NCBI GenBank assembly: GCA_963666365.2
Contig: CAXXNF010000002.1
Coordinates: 32,001 to 96,000 of the forward strand
Reading direction: 5' to 3'
DNA from: Syntrophales bacterium
GTDB taxonomy: Bacteria > Desulfobacterota > Syntrophia > Syntrophales > UBA2210
Length of the DNA stretch: 64,000 bases
The position numbers and the translations under genes are program-made. Below the pieces are notes generated by a model. That model did not search any database. It saw only the letters and a list, made by a program, of their open reading frames with translations, and had not been told where the DNA came from. How positions within the stretch are numbered: position 1 is the first letter of the stretch; every line of letters begins with the position of its first letter. Positions 32,753 through 44,700 of the stretch are shown here, piece by piece.

Positions 32753-35700
32753 GTGAATAAACGGGAATCGGATACTATGTTTCAGCTTGAGGGGCTTGAG
32801 CAGAGGATCATGCTTTCGGCTGATCCGCTGGTGGGCGCCCTTGCGTTGGAGCTTGCCACGCTCGATTCCCCAGTCTCCGCCACATATAGTGAATATCCAT
32901 CAGAAGTAATCGATATTTCTTGCGATCTGTCGTTCCAGGAAGGGAATCCATCGGGCGAGTACGATCCCGACGCCGGCCTCGACGATCTTCTCGGCGGGCT
33001 TCCCGAAGAGCACATCAACGGCGTCGATGGTGAAGATTCCCTCACCGGGCTCGATGCCGCCGCGGCCGAAGAGGCCGATGCACCGGCGGCACGTTCACCC
33101 TTTGCCGTCACCGAACCGCAGGGGAGTGAAGGAGTTCTCTTTTTTGAAATGCTCGATACGCGGCTGCAAACAGCCGTGTATGAGTTCTACGGCGACAGCC
33201 TCGATCCTCCCGCCGCCGACGTGGTCCTGTCAGTAACACAAGATGGAAGTTTATTAATTGAAATCGGCACGTTACCCATTCTCGTCAGCGTAACGGATGC
33301 GGACAATGGTGGGGTGCATCTTTCGATCATCGCATCCGGTGAAGCGGATGAATTTCTCGTAATATCGGGGTTTTCAGTTGCATATGCCGACCTGATATTT
33401 CCTCTGCCGGCGGCTGAGTCTCTCAGTGCAGTTTCAGGAAAAATTGATATTCAGGGCGGTCTGAGCCTGGAGGGCAGTCTGCGTCTCGAGGCGGATACCA
33501 TCCTTATCGGCGCCCCTGTGCAGGCTTCCGATATCACCCTCACAGCGGGGACAATCGAAATCGATGCCCCCCTCGAAGGAACCGGCGATGGCGTGCTTGT
33601 GCTTCAACCGGCTGATGCCGATGCCGTCATCGATGTCTGCGCCGACACCGGTGCGGCCTTCGCCCTCGACGCAGAGGAATTGGATTTTATCGACGGCGGA
33701 TTCCGGGACGTCATCATCGGCCGTGAGGATGGGGCCCATGCCTTCACCCTCGGCGCCTACACCTTCGGCTTTCCGGTACTCTTCCGGGCGCCTCTCGAGG
33801 GCGGCGCCTTCGATGTGGTGGGAACGCTGCGCACCTCAGACGCCGTAAACGATATCGAACTGGGGATTTCCTTTCTCGGTTCGGGCCATACCAAGACCGT
33901 GCACACCGATACGGTGACTGCCGGCTTCGAAATTAACATCGGCGAAAGCGTTATCGTTGCCGGTGATGCGTCAGGCGTCATGGGCAACGGGGCGGTCTAT
34001 TATGATACCACGAATAACGGCGCCAACCCCACAGGCAATAATATCTATGTGAGCGGTCAGATCGACGGCCAGACGCTCGCGAGTTCCAGCTACAACAATA
34101 TGAACGTACGCATCGTGGCCGATGTGGCTGCCGGCGGGGCGGCCCATGCGGCCTATTCGTCCAGCCTGAACCGGCTCACGATCCATGTGGAAGACGATGG
34201 ATCATCGACCTCGGCCGATGTGGCCGCCGCCATCGGCAGGGTGTACAATTTTTATAATGCCGCTGCTTCAGGCACGGCTGCAGTGGGAACGGACGCGCAG
34301 AATTACCTGTCCGTGACCTCCGGTGGTTCCGCGGCCGCGCTTGCCAACGGATCATTCACACTGGGAAACGGCAACACCATCACCTTCAAGGCCGGTAATC
34401 CCGCCGGGGCGGCCTCCTTCAACGGGTCAGGCGTGCGGGTGATTGCCGACAGCGCGACCGATGCCGGCTATGCCGAATACTCGGTTTCGGATAAAATCCT
34501 TTATGTGCATATTAAAAGCGGTGTGACCACCACGGTGCAGATGAGGGAAGCCATCGCTGCGGTCTTCAATTTCTTCGACGAGACCGGCGGTGACGCAAGC
34601 GTTGTTACACTGAGCAAGACCTTTGCCTATGTGACCACCGGCGGCAAAGATGAACCCGCTGCTGCAGCTTCGGGCACATTCATCCTGTCAGGAGATACAA
34701 TTATCCTTACGGCTGCTGCCACCGGCGCATCCTGGAACGGCGTTAATGTGGTTATCGTGGCCGATGCCGCGGCGGTGAGCGCCATCTACAACGGCGGAAC
34801 AAAAGTCATCACCGTCCATGTAAAAAACGACGGGACATCCACCACTGCCGAGGTGCGTACCGCCATCAACGGCCTGGCGGACTTTACCGCCTCCGGCGGA
34901 TCCACCAACAAGGTGGCGCTGACGAAAGATTATTCCGCGGCCATCACCGGCGGCGACTACCAGACGGCCGCCAGCGGTTCCTTTACCATCGGTGATGATA
35001 CCATCGCCTTCAAGGCGGGTCGCACCATTGACGGGACCGCCTTCAACGGTCTGGATGTCCAGGTTGTCCTCGATGCCACAATCACAACTGGGGCCTGGGC
35101 CGAGTACGATGCTCCCACACGAACCCTGGTTGTGCATGCTCTTGAAACCGCCACCACCGCCGATGTGGCGGAGACTCTGGGAACGCTCTTCAATGTCTAC
35201 GATGCAGTCAGCAGCGGTAATTCGCTGGTGAATCTTTCCGCTGACTTTGACAATGTAACCACTGGCGGCAACCTCAACCAGGCGGCTTCGGGCAGCTTTG
35301 ACTTGAATGGCGACACCATCACCTTCAGCGCCGGCCGCCGGGGACAGGCGCTCTACCTGAATGCGGGGACCGACGGCGACATCACCATCCAGGGGGCTGT
35401 GGGGGTGGGAACGGCCCTGGAGCACCTTTACATCGTCAGTGCCCGCAATGTGATTGTCAACGGTCAGGTTATTCTCAGCGGCGACCTGGTGCAGGTACAG
35501 GGAACGGGAACAAGCGAGTTCGATCTGGATGTGACCGCCGGGCGGCATGTGAATATGAATGTCGAGGCGGCGATTACCTTCCAGGGAACCCTTCAGTCCA
35601 ATCACGGCGATGCGACACTGACGGTCGATCAGAGCAATGCGAGTGGCCTCATTGACATAAACAGCGCCCGCGTGCTTGCCGGCGACCTTATCATCAATGA

Positions 35701-38700
35701 AGCACGCAACGTCAGTTTTCAGGCAATTGTGACCGTTTCCGGTGCGATATACCAGTTCGCCGGTCTCGCGAATACGAGATTCTATGGTCCTGTTTCCGCC
35801 GGCAGTATCGGCATCATGGCCAACAGCCTCATCGATTTCAGAAGCACCGTGGTCCTCACCGAAGGCGATATATTTCTGATTTCGGACGAGATCGATTTCA
35901 ACGGCGGCGCCGCTTCCGTGACGGGCAAGTCTGCCATCGTACTTATGCCCACGACAAACGAGACGAGCATCGATGTGGGCTCCCCCGTGGGAGGGACGGG
36001 AACGCTTTCCATCAGCGACACGGACCTGGCGGCTCTGACCGACGGGTTTCAGTATATCCAGATTGGGTACGAGTCAGATTATGTCCACACCATGGTCGTC
36101 GGATCGAGCGCCTTTCTGGATCCTGTTCGGCTCTATGCGGGTGAAATCATTATAAACGGTAATGTGACGGGGAAGACTTCGGCATTGTTGTATGTCTCCG
36201 GCGTTGTGAGTGAAGGCGATATTCTCGCCGGTTCCCCCGCAGTCACCATCGATACCGCCGAATTCCGTATTACCAACGAGAAGATCGACGATGTATGGCT
36301 TCCCGCCGAGATCAACGTTCTTGTCTACAACGGGGACATTCTTTTGATGAATAACGGTGCGATCAACGCCAGTCTGGACACGGAGAGCACCTCAGAGACC
36401 ACGACGGTTGTCCTCACTGCGGCGAACGGCAATATTTGTCGCCAGGCTGGCTCCGAAGGATTGGTGAGCGGCACGGATCTGCAGGTCACCGCCACGGGCA
36501 ACATCGATCTCAAGACTACCGTCACCACCGCAGAGCTGTCTTCAACGGCATCAGGATCCATAACCATCGTGGAAACCGACGGCATCGACCTTGTTTCTGT
36601 CACCACAGAGAACGGTCCCATCGATATCCGGGCCGGCGGCGCCGTAATCGCGCAAAATGTAGTTTCGGTTACAGACGATGCCGGTAACGATATTACTATT
36701 CTGACCACGACCGGAAATCTTCAGGTGCAGGTGGTTGATGCACAGACCCTGGGCCATGTGGCTCTTACGGCTGAAAACGGAGCGGTGAACGATGCTGCCG
36801 GAGTCGATGCCGCAGGAACGCCAAACGTAGTGGCCAATACCGCCACGATCACGGCGAAAAACGGAATCGGCAGCGTTGCCGCCCTCGGCGATTTCAACAT
36901 GTATCTTACTACCGTTGGTGATGCCGTTGCCGGGCTGGTGGCGGAAAATACCGGTACAAGCGGCGACATCGTCGTCACGCAGGCGGCGGACGCCGGCGAC
37001 ATGACCCTTGCTGCGGCCCAGAGCAACCTTTCCGGCGCCGGTGCGGTGGTCGTATTCGTTCTCGGCGGCAACCTGACCGTGACATCCACGGGGATTGCCA
37101 TTGCCGGTTCGGGAAACACCCTGCTGAGCGCTTCGGCCGGTCTCGTGTTGAATGCACCGGTGGCGAGTACCGGCGGCAATGTCAGCCTGAGTGCCGGGGC
37201 CGGTATTACACAGACTGCCAGCGGCGACATTACGACATCGGGTGCGGGGTCGACCGTTGACATGAAGGCCGACGGCGCGATCGCCATGTTCGACGGCGCC
37301 GTGACACAGACAAACAATGGGAACATCCGTTACGAGGCTTCGACGGGCAACGTTATCCTGGGCGAACTCAAGGCCGGGACGGCGAAGGTTGCGGTGATCG
37401 CCACGGAGGGCAGTATTCTCGATTTGGATACGGACACCTCTGCGACGGACATTGCCGCCGGCGATCTGATTCTGACGGCGGGGACGGCCATCGGGGCATC
37501 GGACAACCACCTGGAAATTTCGGTTGTCAATCTGACCGCCAAATCCACTGCAGGTTCCACCTTTATTAATGAAGCGGATTCGGTCACGATCACAAATCTG
37601 ACCGTGACGGTGGAGCGTGTGACGTCCGACGGGACGCTCGATGTCACGCAACCGTCGAGCACCCAGGAAGACATGACAAGCGGCGGCATCCTTGTGTTGA
37701 CCACCATAAACGGATTCATTACGGTCAACGGTGGTACGGTCACCGCGGCTTCGGGGATCAATGCTGCGGGGAACATCCTTCTTTCGGCGGGAGAGACGAG
37801 CGAGGGGACGGCGACCGACAGCAATATCACCATCAATGGGTTGATCGCGAGTACGGGCGGCCACATCAGTATCATTGGAAAGGACGGCATTACGCAGACT
37901 GCCAGCGGCGACATTACGACATCGGGTGCGGGGTCGACCGTTGACATGAAGGCCGACGGCGCGATCGCCATGTTCGACGGTGCCGTGACACAGACGAACA
38001 ACGGGAACATCCGGTACGAGGCGGCGACGGGTAACGTTATCTTGGGCGAACTCAAGGCCGGGACGGCGAAGGTTGCGGTGATCGCCACGGAGGGCAGTAT
38101 TCTCGATTTAGGTACGGACACCTCTGCGACCGACATTGCCGCCGGCGATCTGATTCTGACGGCGGGGACGGCCATCGGGGCATCGGACGATCACCTGGAA
38201 ATTTCGGTTGTCAATCTGACCGCCAAATCCACTGCAGGTTCCACCTTTATTAATGAAGCGGATTCGGTCACGATCACAAATCTGACCGTGATGGTGGAGC
38301 GTGTGACGTCCGACGGGACGCTCGATGTCACGCAACCGTCGAGCACCCAGGAAGACCTGACAAGCGGCGGCATCCTTGTGTTGACCACCATAAACGGATT
38401 CATTACGGTCAACGGTGGTACGGTCACCGCGGCGGCGGGGATCAATGCTGCGGGGAACATCCTTCTTTCGGCGGGAGAGACGAGCGAGGGGACGGCGACC
38501 GACAGCGATATCACCATCAATGGGTTGATCGCGAGTACGGGCGGCCACATCAGTATCATCGGAAAGGACGGCATTACGCAGACTGCCAGCGGCGACATTA
38601 CGACATCGGGTGCGGGGTCGACCGTTGACATGAAGGCCGACGGCGCGATCGCCATGTTCGACGGCGCCGTGACACAGACAAACAATGGGAACATCCGTTA

Positions 38701-41700
38701 CGAGGCTTCGACGGGCAACGTTATCCTGGGCGAACTCAAGGCCGGGACGGCGAAGGTTGCGGTGATCGCCACGGAGGGCAGTATTCTCGATTTGGATACG
38801 GACACCTCTGCGACGGACATTGCCGCCGGCGATCTGATTCTGACGGCGGGGACGGCCATCGGGGCATCGGACAACCACCTGGAAATTTCGGTTGTCAATC
38901 TGACCGCCAAATCCACTGCAGGTTCCACCTTTATTAATGAAGCGGATTCGGTCACGATCACAAATCTGACCGTGACGGTGGAGCGTGTGACGTCCGACGG
39001 GACGCTCGATGTCACGCAACCGTCGAGCACCCAGGAAGACATGACAAGCGGCGGCATCCTTGTGTTGACCACCATAAACGGATTCATTACGGTCAACGGT
39101 GGTACGGTCACCGCGGCGGCGGGGATCAATGCTGCGGGGAACATCCTTCTTTCGGCGGGAGAGACGAGCGAGGGGACGGCGACCGACAGCGATATCACCA
39201 TCAATGGGTTGATCGCGAGTACGGGCGGCCACATCAGTATCATCGGAAAGGACGGCATTACGCAGACTGCCAGCGGCGACATTACGACATCGGGTGCGGG
39301 GTCGACCGTTGACATGAAGGCCGACGGCGCGATCGCCATGTTCGACGGCGCCGTGACACAGACAAACAATGGGAACATCCGTTACGAGGCTTCGACGGGT
39401 AACGTTATCTTGGGCGAACTCAAGGCCGGGACGGCGAAGGTTGCGGTGATCGCCACGGAGGGCAGTATTCTCGATTTAGGTACGGACACCTCTGCGACCG
39501 ACATTGCCGCCGGCGATCTGATTCTGACGGCGGGGACGGCCATCGGGGCATCGGACGATCACCTGGAAATTTCGGTTGTCAATCTGACCGCCAAATCCAC
39601 TGCAGGTTCCACCTTTATTAATGAAGCGGATTCGGTCACGATCACAAATCTGACCGTGATGGTGGAGCGTGTGACGTCCGACGGGACGCTCGATGTCACG
39701 CAACCGTCGAGCACCCAGGAAGACCTGACAAGCGGCGGCATCCTTGTGTTGACCACCATAAACGGATTCATTACGGTCAACGGTGGTACGGTCACCGCGG
39801 CGGCGGGGATCAATGCTGCGGGGAACATCCTTCTTTCGGCGGGAGAGACGAGCGAGGGGACGGCGACCGACAGCGATATCACCATCAATGGGTTGATCGC
39901 GAGTACGGGCGGCCACATCAGTATCATCGGAAAGGACGGCATTACGCAGACTGCCAGCGGCGACATTACGACATCGGGTGCGGGGTCGACCGTTGACATG
40001 AAGGCCGACGGCGCGATCGCCATGTTCGACGGCGCCGTGACACAGACAAACAATGGGAACATCCGTTACGAGGCTTCGACGGGCAACGTTATCCTGGGCG
40101 AACTCAAGGCCGGGACGGCGAAGGTTGCGGTGATCGCCACGGCCGGGTCTATCATCGATGGCGATAGCGCCGTGGATATAATAGCCGCCGAGGTGCGCAT
40201 GACAGCCGGCTTCGGTATCGGCAACGCCTCAGATCCGCTCGAACTGACGGTGAACACAATAAGCGCCTTCGCGGGACCCGGCGGGATGGCCCTTGCGTCA
40301 ACCGGCGCTGTTACCGTCGGATCGGTCGATATAATTGCCCGAAGGGTGATTGCCAACGGTGGAGACGAACTGGTCTACGACGTGATCCAGAGCGGTCTTC
40401 ATACGGACAATGCCGGATTCATCGTGCTTCATGCCGGCGGAACCGTGACCGTGGTTCCCGGAAAGGCGTCGGCGGTGCTGTTTCCCGACAGTGCCGAGGA
40501 GATCACGCTTGTCGCGGACGAAGGCGGGACCGCTTTCAATGGTTATGTCATCAGCCTCGAAAACGACAGTACTATCGCCGGTGACGATGCGATTGCTTCC
40601 TATAATAGTGACACGAAGACACTCACCGTAAAGGTGAGAAGCGAACAAACCACGGCAGGAACGCTGGTAACTGAGATTAATGCGGTGGACGATCTTCCCT
40701 TCACTGCGATGAGCACCGGGCCGGCCGGTGATGCCCTCGTCGTGACGGTCGGGGCTTCCGGTCTCGATTACTCGTCCCGGAACGGGACCGACGACACGGT
40801 CATCTCTGAAATTTCCACGGTGACCGACGGCGGCGACGAGGCGCTTCCCGCTTCCGCCGTCCTCCTGCCGCCGACGATAGGATTCGGTATCAAGGTGACC
40901 TCAGAAACCGCCGGCGCCGACACCAACGGCATCACCGTCAGACTGCTGGACGACGGAGCGGGTGGATATCTTGCCGACGGGACCGATACGGCGGCCGTGG
41001 TCTATGATGATGTGAACAGACGCCTCAATATATTCATCAACAACGGATTCACGACGGTCGGTGCCGTCGTGGACGAGATAAACGCCGCAGACTTGCCCTT
41101 TGCCGCAGCCATCGAAGGCAACGGAGACGGAACGGTCGTGTTGCACACAGCGCCGGTTGCCACCGTGGTGAATGTCCCCGCCCGTGTATCACTGGCGCCG
41201 CCCGGCGCAAAGAACGATATGATCATTACGGCCGCGGCTGCCGGCACCCCGTATAACGGAGTGACAGTGCGGTTCATCGATGACGGCAGCATTGCCGGAA
41301 GCAATGCCACCGCTTCCTACAACGCCGCAGACAAGATACTGACCGTGTCCATCAGAAGCGGCGCGACAACGGCCAATGCGGTCGTTACCGCCATCAACAC
41401 CCAGGGAACCTTAACGGCAGCGCTCGATACCACCACCGAGACCGTCAACGACGGGTCCGGGACCGTGCAGAGCATGTCGAGTCTGAGTTACGGGGGAGAT
41501 GCCGACACAGTGGCTCTTGCCTTTGTGCGCCCCTCGGGTGCTGAAAACGATATCCAGTTCGAAGCCAAGGACTACGGGACAGGTTTCAACGGCATCCGTA
41601 TCGATCTGATCGACGACGGTTCCTTAATTGACGGTACCGCTCGGGCCACCTACAACACGGGAACGAAGGTGCTGACCATTAACATCCAGAGTCAGTTTAC

Positions 41701-44700
41701 CGATGCCCAGGCGATTGTGGACGAGGTGAACAACGGCGACAACCGATTCGATATGCCCTTTAACGCTTCCCATGACGGTGAAAGCACCGGGGTCGGCGGC
41801 GTGACTGCCTTTGAAGCGACTATTACCGCAGAGGGCGTATCCGATACGGCCAGGGCCGTGATAAGGCCGAAGGGGACGAATAACGATCTCATCTTCACCG
41901 CCAAAGGTCCGGGGACCCAATACGGCAATGTGCTGATACGGTTCATCGATAACGGGGCCATTTCCAACGGGTCAGCCTCAGCGGTTTACAGCTCTAACAC
42001 CAAGATGCTGACGATCAATATCCAGAACGGAATCACCACCGCAGCGGCCGTGATCAGCGAAGTGAACACCGGTACGAACAGTGGCGCCATCCCCTTTACG
42101 GCATCCAGCAGTACGGGGAATGACGGTACCGGGACTATTCACACACCGGCCGTCGCCACCGACGGTGGAAGGGATGCCGTTCCCGCGGGTCTCACGCTGT
42201 CTCCTGCGGGTGCGGACAACGATTTTGTGCTGACCGCGAGTGAACCGGGTGAAGGTATGAACGGCGTCACCGTAATCCTGGTGCACGATGCCGATGTGGC
42301 TGCTGCCGGGCCGGTGGTCACCTACGCCCATACGGATTCCGAAAAAAGAGTTCTGGTAATTACGATTAAAAACGGCGTGACCATCACCGCGCAGGTAGTG
42401 GCGGCGGTCAATGCCGCAAAGGTTGAGGGCACTGCACCATTTACCGCCGTCAATGCCGCAGGCCAGAGCGGCGCCGGAACGGTTCAGGATGCAACCGTTC
42501 CCTACGCCGCCAAAGGCGCGGGCTATGTGGAAGTGGTTGCCACCGCAGGGAATATCGATATGAAGGCCGGGGCAACCGCCGTCGGCGCCCTGTATGCACG
42601 CGCACAGGGCGATCTGATTTTCTCCGCCACGACGGGCAGGATGGAGGCAGTGGCCGGGATAACGCTGGAAACGGTGACCGGTTCGATTGTCAACAGCGCC
42701 TCCACCACTGAAACCACACTGAAGGTGACAGGACAGTACCCGCTGATTCTGAACCCGGCATCGCAGACAACGGCGTCCACCAATGATCTGATAATCGACG
42801 GCCGGGGCGCCGTCACATTTGCAGGTGCAGGACTGGCTTTGAACGGTGCCGACCTGCGGGTGACCGCCGATGACGATATTACGGTACAGGTCGGGGCGCC
42901 TGTCAATGTTACTGATGGATCGGTGTCCCTCTCCTCGGAAGACAATATTGTGGTGAACGCAACGATTACGGCCGATCTGCTTACGTTCAACGCCGGTACG
43001 GATGCGGATCCCGTCCATTCCATTGCAGGCACCGGTTCCGTGACCATTGCTGCCGACCTCACCGGGGCTGTGGCCGTCACCGCCGCCGACGATGTGAACC
43101 AGAACGCCCACATCACCGCTTCCGGTGTTTCTTCAGTAGTCGTGGTTGCCACGGCAGGCGACATTACGATGCTGGACGGAACCATCACCACAGTGGTGAA
43201 CGGAGCGCTTTCCTACACGGCGGGCGACGATGTGAAACTTTCACTTCTGCAAAGCACCGGGAAAAACAATCCGCTGATTGCCGCAGTGAGTGCCGGTGAA
43301 ACGAATAACGACGGTTCCGGGACAATTACGGCGCCTACCGGCCCGGTGACGACGGCGGGAGGCACGGACACGATTCGCGCCTTCGCCACCATTGAAATCA
43401 CCGGGGAGAAGAACGATATTCGGGTTACCGCCGACCGGACGGGCGCGGATCTTAACGGGATACAGGTATCCATCGTAGATGACGGAACCGTCACGGACGG
43501 CGGCGCCGTTGTGGCCTATGATGCCGATACCAGGACTCTTACCATAACGATTGAGAGCGGAATTACCACTGCCTCCACGGTCATTAATGCCGTGAACGTG
43601 GTACCCGCAGCCATAGCGGTGACCGCCGGTGGCGCCATAATCGACAACACCGTGCTTGAGGATCCGAACATCGTTACCGCAGGGGAGGCGATACTTTCGA
43701 CCAAGGCGGGAATGGGCGGTACGGATGAAGGGAACGACATCAACACGGATGTCTTCGATCTCGATGCGGGCAATGAAGGTGCCGGCGATATCGTCATCAC
43801 ACAGGCGGCGGGACGTCCCCTTCTGGTAACGCAGATTACCCAGAAGGCGGCAGCCGGCACGGGTCACATTCTGGTTTCCACCACTGGCGACACCCTCATT
43901 CTGGCCAGCGGACAGAACGGTGTCAGCAACGCCGGGGCGGGAAACATCACCATATCGGCAGCAGACCTGGTGATTCTGGCGCCGGTAACGGCCGCTGGGG
44001 GGCAGGTAAATCTGATCGCTGCATCCCGGGTCGTTCAAAATGCGGAAGTCGCCACTGGCGGAGGATCTCTGTACGTGGCCGCCGCCGCAGGCGGTATCGA
44101 AATGATTGGGGCGGCAGCGGGCAGCAGTGTCGGAAAGGCCGCTCATGCCACGGTCATTCTTCCCGGCGACAACAACGACCTCACAATTACCGCTGTCTCG
44201 ACGGGTACGCTCTACAATGACGTGGCCATTCTCTTTGTTGACGGTTCCGCGCTGAATGCGGTCTATGCGGAAAAGCTTCTGACGATAACGGTAGTAGCCG
44301 GGGTAACTACCGCCGGAGACGTGACCGCTTTCGATTTCGACGGCGCCGGTGTGCCCTTTGCCGTGGTTTTGGCCGATGATGATCCTTCGGGCCCGAATAC
44401 CGGTGCAGGACTGGTCTATCCGCATGATCCGATATCAACAGGCGGCACCGGTATGGATGACGGCAACATCCTCTATTTCGCCCATGCCGATATCGCGGTG
44501 GGGTTGCTCGATGCCACTGCGGGAACGGTGGCGATTGTTTCTGAGAACGGCAGTGTTGTAGACAACGGTTGCAAGAATTCTTTGGGCGAGGATCTGCTGG
44601 ATGTGTCGTCTTCATCCCTGGCGATCCAGGCGGCTATAAGCGCCGGGGAGTTGGGCGCCGGCGCGAATTCCCTGGAAACATCCGTAGAAGCTCTCGCGGT

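Noticed and set aside
33040..33095. LDAAAAEE as a LapG-type cleavage/retention site
   Set aside because: It lacks the TAAG plus poly-Gly context of LapA-type retention modules.
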